This document shows, piece by piece, positions 13,501 to 25,919 of a stretch of 64,000 bases of DNA. The notes beneath the pieces were generated by a model, which was given only the letters and a program-made list of their open reading frames with translations, searched no databases and was not told the DNA's origin. Source of the stretch: Selaginella moellendorffii (Eukaryota > Plantae > Lycopodiophyta); the NCBI RefSeq assembly GCF_000143415.4, contig NW_003314288.1, positions 1,770,672 through 1,834,671 of the forward strand, written 5' to 3'. The position numbers were made by a program, and so were the translations under genes. Position 1 is the stretch's first letter. The number at the start of each line of letters is the position of its first letter.

Positions 13501-14534
13501 AACAGAGACGCAGCTGCTACAGGGGATCTGGATTTCGCGAGAGCTGTCTGGCCAGCGGCATATGCAGCCATGGCTTTCACAGACCAGTTTGATAGAGATG
13601 GCGATGGTATGATTGAGAACGACGGTGTTCCGGACCAGACTTACGACCTCTGGACTGTCGACGGTGTGAGCTCGTATTGTGGAGGACTGTGGGTGGCAGC
13701 ACTCCAGGCAGCTTCGGCATTGGCTGATCTAGTCGGGGACAAGCCTTCGTCTAGAATGTTTCACGACAAGTTCCTACGAGCAAAGGCTGTCTACGAGAAG
13801 TCACTGTGGAACGGCTCTTACTTCCACTACGACAAGAACAGCACCTCGGTCCAGTCGGATCAACTCGCAGGGCAGTGGTATTCTCTGGCTTCTGGACTTC
13901 CTGGAATCGTCCGCGAAGATCAAGCTACCAGCGCGCTTGGGACGGTTTTCGCCACAAACGTCATGCGGTACAAGGGAGGAAACGAAGGCGCTGTCAATGG
14001 AATGCTACCGAGTGGCGGTGAAGATAGGACTTCGCTCCAGTCTCGGGAAGTTTGGGTAGGCACCACTTATGCTGTGGCAGCGGCTATGATTCAGCAAGGC
14101 ATGCGAGAAGAAGGATTCCGGACTGCCAAAGGAGTGTTTTTGAATGGATGGTCCGACCAGGGACACGGGTACGTATCTCTCGTTTCTCTTTCGAGTTTGC
14201 CAGCGATTAACGCAGTGTTTCGATGTTTAGATATGCTTTCCAGACTCCAGAAGCCTGGGACAACGATGGAAAGTATCGCTCACTGGCATACATGCGACCG
14301 CTTTCGATCTGGGCGATGCAATGGGCTCTCGATCCTCCAGAGCAGCTCAAGCAGCGAAGTTGTAACGTCGAAGTTGGCGATATCACAGCGCAGGAAGTGG
14401 AGGCTTGCAACAAAAGCTTTGCGAAGCTGGCTTCGCAGCTGAAGGAGCTATCGCCGCCGGAGACGAAGGCTTACTCGTCGGTGTGGATCTGGATGTTCGA
14501 CTATATCCGCAGCCGCGTCTATCCCAGGGGATGA
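10589..14534 (+). CDS. Non-lysosomal glucosylceramidase (GBA2-like, GH116); start could be 10589 or 10793
   Basis: AWKRRL...[72 protein letters not shown]...[19 protein letters not shown]. Confidence 0.93.
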
Positions 14535-15566
14535 TCCAATCCGAGAAAAGGTGAGAGAGGAAGATCAAAGGATTGTCTACTAAAAGTATATATTCGATCG
14601 AATGGAGAGAGATTTTTTCTTCAATGGATGTGAAGGAAGAACGGGCATGCGTGGATGAATCGTCGGATGGAGCGTTTCGCAAGGTCTATCGCCTCTACGA
14701 GAGAGGTAAGAGCGTCCATTTGCTGTAAGTGAGCAGGTTTTGTGAATTGTTTCTGGCCCACAATCGGAGAAGCTATGGATGGCCATTGTCGCATTGTTTG
14801 CCACAGCCCACAAGGATGCAGAATTGTTTGCAATGGTGAGCATATCATTATCAGATGAGCAATACATTTCTTGACGGAGTTCCTTGTCAGCATAAACGAG
14901 ACATTTCTTGTTACAATCTGTAACAGTGTCTTGATAAGATGAGAATGAAAGCACGTCAGCCAACTTTTGAAGAACAGCTCCCCAGAATTGATTGACTGTG
15001 TAAGTAACTTTGAGGTTCATTTGGTTTGTGGCTAAGCGTTGCCTGTTTTACAGGATCCCACAAACTCAGCCCAGCAGATGCGGTAACCTTTTCACGAGGA
15101 CTTATAGGTGTTATCACCGAATTTCAAAGGGATGCGGAAGTCTTCAAACTGGATACTAGGCCTTCCAATCGTGCACGGTTCCTCGAGTTCATTAACTTCC
15201 TTGCTTTTGAATAAGAATATCGTTATCGGAATGCACTCAGCTCAGAGTATCATCGCTTGTCAAGATGGGGATTCCTTGTCAGCATGAACAAGGCATTTCT
15301 TCGAGGATGAAAGCACGCCAGAAGAACAGGTCCCCAAACTTAATTTACTGTGTAAGTAACCTTGAAGTTTGTAGCTAAGCGTTGGATTCCACAGACTCAG
15401 AAGTGGCAACCTTTCACGGGGATTTGGGTTGCGGAAGTGAAAGATGTTTTGAATTCGGCTCCAGACGACAGGTGGCAAGAAGAGTTTGATCCAACACGGT
15501 TTGTTGACTATAAAGATTGCGCAAACGTGACAATGAAGAGGTAAGCTTCATCCACTCGTGAGAGCT

Positions 15567-17340
15567 ATGAGGACATGGATTCATCTTCTTCTTGTGCTCC
15601 TCCAGGTTGCATTGGCATTGGCTGCAGACCCTTCGCACCTTGTGCAAGGGCTTCCTGGGCAACCAGAGGTTGGATTTAAGCAGTACGCTGGTCAAGTTGA
15701 GATAAACGCCACAGCTGGACGTGCACTGTTCTACTGGTTCTATGAAGCAGATCACCCCAATGCATCTTCCTTGCCGTTGGTACTATGGCTTAATGGAGGT
15801 GTGTTTTTTTGTTCCTTGCAAAGTGATACGCAGCATTTGTAACGTTTGTACGTTTCTGCAGGACCGGGATGTTCATCCATTGGCGCTGGAGCTCTTGGAG
15901 AGACTGGTCCGTTCCGCACGAATGACTCAGGCACTGGGCTTGTTCGCAATCCGTACTCATGGAATCAAGGTTTGTTTTTCTTTCTTCTCCTAAAACTAGG
16001 AGTTTCATCTGCTTGACCCGATTTCATGTGCAGCTGCGAATCTCATATTTTTGGAGGTCCCTTATAATACCGGTTTCTCGTATACAAACTTGTATTCTGA
16101 TGGGGGATTTTACACAGACAATCAAACAGGTACTGTATCACTTGCTTGCGATTTTTACAAAACGTGGTCTTTGGGATGCAGCCATCGATTCTTTGCTGTT
16201 TCTGCTCGAATTTCTCACAAAATTCCCTGAGTATAGACAGAATGACTTCTTCATTACAGGAGAAAGCTTTGCAGGTATGCATACTTGAGTTCAGCAGTGT
16301 AAGTTAACACTTGATTGCTTGAAGGACATTTCATACCAACGCTGGCATCGCAAATCCTTTCGCATAATGAGCAAAATGGAAGCCGTATCAACCTGAAGGG
16401 GTTTGCTGTACGTTCACCCTTACACTACACTGCATTGGAAGAAGCTAATTTTCATAATTTCAGATTGGTAATCCTTCCACGGACAATGATGACTATGACG
16501 CTCCTGGTAACATTGAGTTCTTATACTCGCATTCAGTCATTTCTGAGGAGCTTTACCAAGAATATAAGACCTACTGTGGGAGGGGGAGGAACGATGACGA
16601 AGCATTAGCTAGATGTGGAAATGCTAGCTCCCAGATCTTTGCTTTGACTGGCTACATTGATCGTTACAACATCTATGCACCAACATGCAACTTACTTTCA
16701 GGACCGGATGATGAGGCTTGCCTTGATTCTGTGACACCTTACCTCAATCGCCAGGATGTTCAGGTCGCCTTGCACGTCGAGACAAGACCAGTTCGGTGGC
16801 GTTTATGCAAGTAGGCGTTTAATCCAAGACTGGATACTGAAAGCTGATTATCATATTGTTTTTGGCAGCCCGGATATTGACAGGAGCTACTTGCCACTAG
16901 ATAAACAGCGTTCAATGCTTCCCGTATACCAGAGTTTGTTCAAGAGTGACTTGAGAATCTGGATTTACAGGTTTGTGAATTACATTACAAGACAACAATC
17001 TGAAGCACTTTTAACACATGTCATTCATAGTGGGGACTTGGATTCTATTGTTTCGACGCTTTCAACCAGGAGCTGGATCAAAGCACTCAATCTCACTATT
17101 GTTACTCCATGGTATGCGTGGAACTACACAAATCAGGTAAGCATCAACTAAATCTTGTTGAACGGGAGTATACTAGTTAACTCTTTTAAACTGCAGGTTG
17201 GTGGATGGACTGAAGTGTACTCAGAAATGACATTTGCGACAGTAAGAGGCTCTGGACATCAGCCTCCAGTTGACAAGCCTGGCCAGGCACTTACCTTGTT
17301 CCAACACTTTATCGAAGGCAAGACACTGCCGTCGTTTTAG
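15567..17340 (+). CDS. Serine carboxypeptidase-like protein (clade II type), tandem copy 1
   Basis: Signal peptide; LPGQP..F.QYAG, LWLNGGPGCSS, catalytic GESFAG (Ser), SGDLD (Asp) and GSGHQPP (His) across short introns. Confidence 0.93.
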
Positions 17341-17693
17341 CTGTAACAAGGGATTGTCAGGAAATAAAACTCAACATTTGTTTAGTACATTTGAAATTTT
17401 ATCTCTTGTTGTAGCTTATGCTACTTAAACATGTACCTGTCCAGATTAAGCACAATGAGGTGCTGGCTCTTGGCGTCTGCTGGTGGACTCGCATTGGGAT
17501 GGCGGGAAGCTGAGGCCTTCTAATAATGATCTTCTAGTGAATTCGCAACTACTTGTAATCTCCAGATGCTGTCCACCATGTTACGAACGACTATATCTTC
17601 ATAAAATTAGTTGAATCCTGCTACGGTCGTGCAAATGTTGTAAATCAAATGTCAGGTAACTGTTCCTGGTAAGTGATTGTTTAATTACTTTAA

Positions 17694-17697
<4 letters not shown>

Positions 17698-17734
<37 letters not shown>
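17698..17734. repeat. (TA)n microsatellite
   Basis: Directly visible TA run. Confidence 0.95.
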
Positions 17735-17740
<6 letters not shown>

Positions 17741-18448
17741 GGCTTTGTTTATACTGATTTTCAGGCTATGATGATTGATAACTGTGTGTATGACATCTGC
17801 AATGAACAATATTTATCAATACAACAATGAAGATCTGTGACTTCAAGATCTTTGAGTGCATGCACTCAATTATTTTAGAGTGTTGATGTGTACTTGTAAT
17901 TGCTCTTGCAGCCTTGCTTATTTGCTTATTGCATAGTGTTACCCTAGCGCCTTCGTTTCTCTCAATCATCAGATAGTACTCTTCGTAGTTTTGACACAGC
18001 CGGCGCCTTCATCTGGCAGCTTCCAGCCGTAAGAGCGTCCATTTGCTGTAAGCGAGTAGGTTTTCCATTGTTTGCCACAGCCCCGGGCAAGGATGCAGAA
18101 TTGGTGAGAATATCGTTATCGGAATGCACTCAGCTCAGAGTAACATCGCTTGTCAAGATGTTGTCAGCATGAACAAGGCATTTCTTCGAGGATGAAAGCA
18201 CGTCAGAAGAACAGGTCCCCAAACTTAATTTACTGTGTAAGTAACCTTGAAGTTTGTAGCTAAGCGTTGGATTCCACAGACTCAGAAGTGGCAACCTTGC
18301 ACGAGGATTTGGGCTGCGGAAGTCTCCAAATTTGAAAGATGTTTTGAATTCGGCTCCAGACGACAGGTTGATCCAACACGGTTTGTTGACTATAAGAATT
18401 GCGCAAACGTGACAATGAAGGGGTAAGCTTCATCCACTCGTGAGAGCT

Positions 18449-20220
18449 ATGAGGACATGGATTCATCTTCTTCTTGTGCTCCTCCAGGTTGCATTGGCAT
18501 TGGCTGCAGACCCTTCGCACCTTGTGCAAGGGCTTCCTGGGCAACCAGAAGTTGGATTTAAGCAGTACGCTGGTCAAATTGAGATAAACGCCACAGCTGG
18601 ACGTGCGCTGTTCTACTGGTTCTTCGAAGCAGATCACCCAAATGCGTCTTCCTTGCCGTTGGTATTATGGCTCACTGGAGGTGCTTCTTTGATCCTTGCA
18701 AAATGATACGCAGCATTTGTAATATTTGTACGTTTCTGCAGGACCGGGATGTTCATCCATTGGCGCTGGAGCTCTTGGAGAGACTGGTCCATTCAGCACA
18801 AATGACTCAGGCACTGGGCTCGTTCGCAATCCATACTCTTGGAATAAAGGTTTTTTCTTCTCCTAGATCCTAGGAGTTTCATCTGCTTGATCCGATTTCA
18901 TGTGCAGCGGTGAATCTCATCTGTTTGGAGATCCCTTATAATACCGGTTTCTCATATACAAACTTGCTTTCTGATGGGGGAAATTACACAGACGATCAAA
19001 CAGGTACTATACCACTTGCTTGTGGTTCTCAACTTCTCATAAAACGTGTTTGGGATGCAGCCAGCGATACTTTGCTGTTTCTGCTCGAATTTCTCACAAA
19101 GTTCCCTGAGTATAAACAGAATGACTTCTTCATTGCTGGAGAAAGCTTTGCAGGTATGCATACTTGAGGTTTGCACAGTACGTAACACTTGATTCCCTGA
19201 AGGACATTACATACCAACGTTGGCATCGCAAATCATTTCACATAATGAGCAAAATGGAAATCGTATCAACCTGAAGGGGTTTGCTGTACGTTCACTCTTA
19301 CACTACACACTACATTGAAAGAAGCTAATTTTCATACATTCAGATTGGTAATCCTTCCACGGACGTCGACTATGACGGTCCTGGTAACATTGAGAACTTG
19401 TACTCGCATTCAATCATTTCTGAGGAGCTTTACCAAGAAGAGAAGACCTACTGTAGGAGGAATGATGACGAATCAATAGCGAGATGTAGAAATGTCACCT
19501 CCCAGATCCAGAACCTGATTGCCTACATTACTCCTTACAACATCTATGCACCAGCATGCAACTTACTTTCCGGACCAGATGACGAGGCTTGCCTTGATTC
19601 TGTGACACCTTATCTCAACCGCCAGGATGTTCAAGCCGCCTTGCACGTCGAGAGGAGACCAGTTCGGTGGCAGTTCTGCAAGTAAGCGTTTAGTGCAAAA
19701 CTGGATATTGAAAGCTTTGATTTTGAAATTGTTTTTTGCAGCCCGGATGTTGACAGGAACTACTCGACACTAGATAGAGAGCGTTCAATGCTCCCCGTAT
19801 ACCAACATTTGTTCAAGAGTGGCTTGAGAATCTGGATTTACAGGTCTGTGAGTTACAATACAACAATCTGAAGTGCTTATAGCTTATAACACACGTGTAA
19901 AACACAGCGGGGATTTGGATGCTGTCGTTTCAACGCTGTCAACCAGGAGCTGGATCAAAGCACTCAATCTCACTGTTGTTACTCCATGGTATGGGTGGAA
20001 CTACACAAATCAGGTAAGCGTCAACTAAATTTTGTTGAGTGCCTGGAGTATACTAGACAACTCTTTTAAACTGCAGGTTGGTGGATGGACAGAAGTGTAC
20101 TCAGAAATGACATTTGCGACAGTAAGAGGTGCTGGACATCAGCCTCCATTTGACAAACCTGGCGAGTCACTTACCTTGTTCCAACACTTTATCGAAGGCA
20201 AGGCACTGCCATCGTTTTAG
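18449..20220 (+). CDS. Serine carboxypeptidase-like protein, tandem copy 2
   Basis: Same exon layout as copy 1 and near-identical first exon; LWLTGGPGCSS, GESFAG, SGDLD, GAGHQPP. Confidence 0.93.
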
Positions 20221-20407
20221 TTGTAACAAGTGATCGTCAAGAAATAAAACTCAACAAGTATATGTGAAATTTATCTTTTGCTCTAGCTTATATTACTTGA
20301 ACATGTTATTCAGGGGTTTAAGTCGGAATATCAAATTCTTTTTCAGTTCACATTGTAAAGTTGTGAGAAGCTTCAAATTCATTTTTATTTGATGGTTTAC
20401 CAAGTCG

Positions 20408-21325
20408 GTGGTGACCGATCACGAGCCTGGAGCTGACAGCCCTTCTCGCCCATTCGCGAGAGATCCCACTCTGGGGATAGATATCGTGCTAGACGCTGTG
20501 TTTCGAGGATCATCACATCAACTCACGAGATTCTTTAGCGGTTTCTTTGTCACGCCGCCCTTTCGATCGATGGAGGGCGGTCACATCCAGATCGCGCTCT
20601 CGGCCAGCTATGTATCAGCCGATCATGGTAGTGTTCTTGGTTGTCTTGGCGCTTTCGTCACTCCAAACTCCTTCCGCGGCACTGGATTCGATTGCGCGGC
20701 TCGGGCTTTAGTGGCGAGCGAGGATTTCTCGTGCTTCGAGGCCGCCAGCGCCGAGAGTGATGGATCCTTCTTCCTGCCTTGCTCTCCCGGCGAAGTTCCC
20801 GCCTCGTGGCCTTTCGTGGTGGCGTTCTCGTATCCTTCCATGGTGGAGCTCTTGAGCATGGCGAGCGAGGAGCTGGTGCTTGGCACCGCGGGGCACGGCG
20901 TGTGGGAGCGCTACCGCGAGGTGGCGACGAAGAAGATGGACATCGCCACCAAGGAGGAGCTCTTTGATCGGCTCAAGGAAACGTTCGCGGACTTTAGAAC
21001 CGGAGAGCTCCTGTGCTCGCCGGGGTGTTTGGAGAGCTCGGCCGGATCGAGGCTGGAGATCAGTGCCTCGGTTCTGGATGGTAGCAGCGGAGGTCCGATC
21101 GTTCCTGCAAATCTTCCAGAATGCTTTGTTGGTGTTCTCAGCGGTGGAGGCAAGGAGGACGTGAACCTTGCGACGTCGACAGACTCCATGGAATTCGTGG
21201 AGGCATATGAAAGATTTGTGCTGCCTCATCTTCCACCGAAAGGATCCATCGCGTGGAAGAATCGCGACGTTGCTGCGTTTGAGAGATGGCACAACTTAGA
21301 TTGGAAAAAGAGCTCTAGCTTGTAA
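20408..21325 (+). CDS. Uncharacterised intronless ORF with a trypsin/V8-like serine protease motif; start uncertain
   Basis: 305-codon GC-rich ORF containing SASVLDGSSGGPIV...FVGVLSGG. Confidence 0.5.
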   Translation: MVTDHEPGADSPSRPFARDPTLGIDIVLDAVFRGSSHQLTRFFSGFFVTPPFRSMEGGHIQIALSASYVSADHGSVLGCLGAFVTPNSFRGTGFDCAARALVASEDFSCFEAASAESDGSFFLPCSPGEVPASWPFVVAFSYPSMVELLSMASEELVLGTAGHGVWERYREVATKKMDIATKEELFDRLKETFADFRTGELLCSPGCLESSAGSRLEISASVLDGSSGGPIVPANLPECFVGVLSGGGKEDVNLATSTDSMEFVEAYERFVLPHLPPKGSIAWKNRDVAAFERWHNLDWKKSSSL

Positions 21326-21486
21326 ACCAAAGCATTTGATTCCTCAAACTTAGAACACAAACAACTTCCATAACTTTCTTTCAGTTCCCAAGAAACATTG
21401 CAAAGCATTCGATTCTTCCACTCCGGATATCAAAAACACAAGAACAATATCAAAACAACGAAGAACTTCCATGCCTGTTCTTTCTC

Positions 21487-23278
21487 TCATTTCTCCAGAA
21501 GCATTGCTCGGACGCGAGTGGGAAGGCCATACAAGCGGATGAATCCGGCAGCGTCACCCTGGTTGTAGATCCCACTGCCCTCCTCGAACGAAGATATGTC
21601 CTGCCTGTAGAGGCTGAACGGGCTGGTCCGGCTGGCCACCACCGCCGACCCCTTGAACAGCTTGAGCTTGACACTGCCGCTCGTCGTCTCCGTCACCTTC
21701 TCCATGAAGGCGTCCAGCGACTCCCGGAGAGGATCAAACCATCGCCCTGCGTACACCAGCTCCGCGTACTTGAGCGCCATCGTGTCTTTCATCTGCATCG
21801 TCTCGCGATCCAGCGTGAGCGACTCCAGCTCCCGCGCTGCTAGGCTCAGGATGGTTCCACCGGGTGTCTCGTACACTCCGCGGCTCTTCATGCCGACGAG
21901 CCTGTTCTCCACCATGTCCACTCTCCCGATGCCGTGCCTGGCTCCGGCATCGTTGAGCGCTTCCAGGAGTTTGGCGGGGGACAGAGCCTTGCCGTTCACC
22001 GTGACTGGCAGGCCTCTCTCGAAACTGATCTCCAGGTACCTGGGACGAAGAGCTTTCTTTCAGTGAAGGAGACTGAGGGAGAGCTTACTCTGGCGTATCA
22101 GGAGCTTTCTCTGGATTTGTAGTCATGACAAACATGTCCTCCTTGGGTTCGTTCGCGGGGTCCTCGAGAATGTCTCCCTGGAAAAGAGGTCGCTCGTCGT
22201 TAAGTCACGCAACAAAAAGGAGATTTGCGATACCTCATGACTAATGTGCCAGAGATTGCGGTCTCGGCTGTAGATAGATTTCTTCGTCACGGGCACTGGT
22301 ACGTTGTGCTTCTTTGCATACTCTATGGCGTCTTCGCGGCCTTTTATGTCCCATTCTCTCCAGGGCGCAACAACAGCTAGCTTCGGGTTCAATGCGAAGA
22401 ACGTTAGCTCGAATCTCACCTACAGAAACACGAGGAAACGACTTCTCATGTATACGAAGAGAGGACAAAAAAGAAAAACGAAACTTTGTTACCTGATCGT
22501 TTCCTTTCCCTGTGCAACCGTGAGAAACGGCATCAGCTCCAACTTCCTTTGCAGCATCAACCATGGCCTGCACAAAAACCAGCACGAGCTCAATGACCAT
22601 ACAGCAGTTCCTCACTTTCACAAACTTGCCTTTGCAATTACAGGGCGAGCCATCGAAGTTCCAAGCAGATACTTCCTCTCGTACACGGCACCAGCTCGCA
22701 AGCAAGGGAAGATAAAGTCTTTCACAAACTCTTCTTTCAAGTCCTTGATGATCAGCTGGCTTGCACCGCTTGCCTTCGCTTTAGCTTCCAACCCTTCGAG
22801 CTCGCCCAGGCCCTGGAAATAGCAGAACAGAGATGGCAAGGAAGAAAAAAAGAAATGCTAAGAACCGGCAGAAAATGAAAACACGAGATTGGCTTACTTG
22901 CCCAACATCAGCTGTGAAACACACAACCTCGCAGCCATAGTTCTCCCTGATCCAGAAAAACAAAGCCAAAACTCTCAATAAAGAAGAAATCGCTGCATGA
23001 GATCCAAATTACCTCAGCCACGGCACGATCACGGACGTGTCCAAGCCCCCACTGTACGCTAGAACCACCTTGTTGAGCTTCTGCCGGATCGCTGGAGCGC
23101 TAGAATGCGCCTGCTCGCTGGCGATTGCTGCTACATTCCCGGACGAGGAGCAAGCCATCGCCGCCACTCTACTCGCTCTCGAGATCGGGATCCTCACAGC
23201 CAAGTGCGCCGCCCTAGATCGATCCCCCGAGATCAGAGCTACAGCAATGCTGCGGGACGAGGGAGCCAGAGCCGCCAT
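21487..23278 (-). CDS. ASS: Argininosuccinate synthase, plastid-targeted
   Basis: Ala/Ser-rich transit peptide; [68 protein letters not shown]. Confidence 0.97.
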
Positions 23279-23389
23279 TCCATAAACCCTAATGGAGGAT
23301 CATACTATACTTTAAACCATTACACATGCTTTAAAAAGTAAAAGTATTTCCAGTCAAATACTTATACCATGGTGATATTTACACGTAAA

Positions 23390-23470
23390 GTCAGGATGGC
23401 CGAGTTGGTCTAAGGCGCTAGTTTCAGGTACTAGTCCGCAAGGGCATGGGTTCGAATCCCATTCCTGACA
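23390..23470 (+). tRNA. tRNA-Leu(CAG)
   Basis: GTCAGGA/TCCTGAC acceptor stem, A-box TGGCCGAGTTGG, anticodon arm CTAGT-TTCAGGT-ACTAG, long variable arm, B-box GGTTCGAATCCC, T6 terminator at 23476-23481. Confidence 0.97.
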
Positions 23471-23483
23471 AAATATTTTTTCT

Positions 23484-25230
23484 TCATGTGAACTTCCAGA
23501 GTTCGGAAAAATCGACGTCCTCGTCTCCCACGGGTTGGAGCTCCTCCTGTTCTTGCGATGGTTTTAATTTCTTGAGTGGCGGCTGGAACGAATCGGCTGT
23601 GCTCGTCGTGGTACCCGAGGCTTGGTGGATCTGATCGTCGCAAGTTTGACGGTGTTTGCGCTGTTCTTGTTCTTGAGGACCGGGCGAGGGCTCGTCCGAA
23701 TTCTTGTGACACGATCGCGTCGCCTCCTCCGTCTTGCTGTACATTCTCTCGAGGTATCTTCCGTGGTCCTCGATCTTCTTCTGCAAATCTCTTTGAATCT
23801 GCCAAGGTTTACGAGCAATTCGATAAGACCACGAGAAATTTGTGCAGAGAACCTCGAGCTGTTCGTGGAGTCGCTTTTGGACTTCGAGCTGCAAGCGCAG
23901 TGTCTCGGTGATCTGCAGCCCACTGAGAAAGAGAGAAACAAGTTAAAGTAAAAAAAAGTGAAAAGAGTTTTCAAAGAGTTTTCCTAGTCGAGTAATCTCA
24001 CGTCTACGTATAACGTACGTTTCTACGTTCAATGATGGGAGCTCCAGCGAACATTGCTTAGATTGCTGCTGTTTTGCTGTGGGCCAAAAACGCACAAAAT
24101 ATTGGACCATCCGAAAGGAAAAAAAAACAGAAGAAAGAAAAAAAACAGTTGATCATTCGTACCAACGGGGCTGGGTGGAAGATCTTTGACTAGCCTGTAC
24201 TTCTGTAAAAAAATATTTTAAATTAAAAAGTATAAATAGAAGCGAATCCGAAAGTTCTCTTACAATAAAATCAAAAACAGGAAAAACCCAATAAAACCAA
24301 AAAACAAAAACCAAACAAACAAAAACAAAAAAAAAAAACAGAGAAAAGCTGACCTGGAGATGACTCTTTACGTGAAGAATGTTGACCCCGTCCACGCTCG
24401 AGTACGTATTCATGACCCTTAGAATACACTTTGGTGTGGCATCTGTGCGGGGTCATGTCGAAAACGATTGACAGTCGTAAGATTCTCGCCCAGCACCAAA
24501 GAGAAAACAATTGGGGAGAGGAGCTTACTTTCGGCACCACCCAGTTCTTCCACTGCTCGTACGAATCGCTCGTGTAGCTCCGGTGTCCATCGCATTCGCG
24601 GCTTTGGAACCGGCGAGATGATCGAGCATGGCTGCTGCTGCTGCTGCTGCTGCGAGATTTGCGAGATTCGCGAGCTCTGCGCGGCCGGCACCATGCCATG
24701 GAAATCGAAGTTCCTGGATTGATACACGGCCGTCTGATATATAAACTTATCATACGTGGACTTTGAGAAAGAGCTGCAAAGCTGTGGCGTGATTTACCTG
24801 GTGATAGCTCGACTGATCGGTGTGTCCTGGGGCTCCCACTATCTCATTCCATATGGATTCGTCGTCCTGGAGCAGCCCGGGGAATTGCTGATCGGGCGCT
24901 TCACTGTCATCGAGGAGGATTCTCCGATCTAGGCTCGGCCTGCCTGTGCAGAGGAGAGAAGCTTACTTCCTCCATGCTCGAGCAAAGCCGGGGATTCTTC
25001 CGGGAGGGATGGATGGATCGATTGTGCGTACCTGGCGGTGAACAGCTCTGGTGGAACTGCTGGAATTGAAAGTTGCTGTAGTGAGGAGGATCGCCCATGC
25101 CCGGCTGCGCGGGCATCCGGTACTGCGGCTTCATCTCCGGCGGCGTGACGAAGCGAGATCGCGAGACGCTAAACGAGGCCTCGTCTTGGAATGGCTGGTG
25201 CTGGAGACGGCGATGATCCTGCTCAACCAT
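23484..25230 (-). CDS. GARP/G2-like MYB-CC (PHR1/PHL-like) transcription factor
   Basis: KPRMRWTPELHERFVRAVEELGG..ATPK...HVKSHLQKYR DNA-binding domain and LQLEVQKRLHEQLE.QR.LQ.KIE.HG.YL coiled coil; N-terminal exon structure approximate. Confidence 0.9.
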
Positions 25231-25753
25231 CACGCCCGAAGCTGGAAAACTTGGCGCGGAGGAGAAATTCTACACGAGCGCTCTTAAATCCCCTCGAGAA
25301 TGATGACAGGAGAGAATCCTCTGGGGGAAGCGAAGAGCCATCCGCGAGAGCAACGTCCAAGGGAGTGTCTTCGCGCAGTCCGCCCACAGCTAATAGGCGT
25401 TGACGGGCACGTGGCGCGCCCGGGGCCGTCGGATGGCGCTGACGAGGAGAGAGAAGAGAACACGCACTTGATCCTGTTCGAAAACTATTCACGAAACATA
25501 CACAAACACACGATAGATCCTTTCGGGCCCAGGGCATGGTTTATGGCCAACAATAATGTATCCAATTGTGCGCCCTCCATCAAAAGCGTCGTCAATCAAT
25601 CATCTGATGTCCCTGTCGTGTCAAGCTGCGAGCTGAGCAAACAAATTTCTCCAAATTGCGCACCTTTGCCCCCTTGTCTCGCGGGAATTAGGGCTCTCGT
25701 ACGGCAGAGCCTTAACTCCCCGCTTCCGTACGAGGCCCCGGATCCGGATCTGG

Positions 25754-25848
25754 GCCGTCGGATTTCGCCTGGATCCGACGGCGGCAGGGCTCGATCCCAG
25801 TCGAGGGGAGCGCTGCCTCCTGATTGGCTCCCCGGTTTCCTATATAGA
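25754..25848 (+). promoter_or_regulatory. Histone H2A proximal promoter: inverted GCCGTCGGAT pair, reverse CCAAT box and TATA box
   Basis: GCCGTCGGAT at 25754-63 and its reverse complement at 25773-82; GATTGG near 25822; CTATATAG near 25840, about 80 nt upstream of the ATG. Confidence 0.45.
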
Positions 25849-25919
25849 CTTTGAGGAGCGCCCAGGGGAATTCACTCCCAAGAAGGAAACGATCGATTCG
25901 AGAGCGCGTAGGGTTTGCC

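Noticed and set aside
1014-14534. Glycan-metabolism gene cluster (lectin kinase, GH38, GH116)
   Set aside because: Widely conserved genes from unrelated pathways; adjacency is expected in a compact genome.
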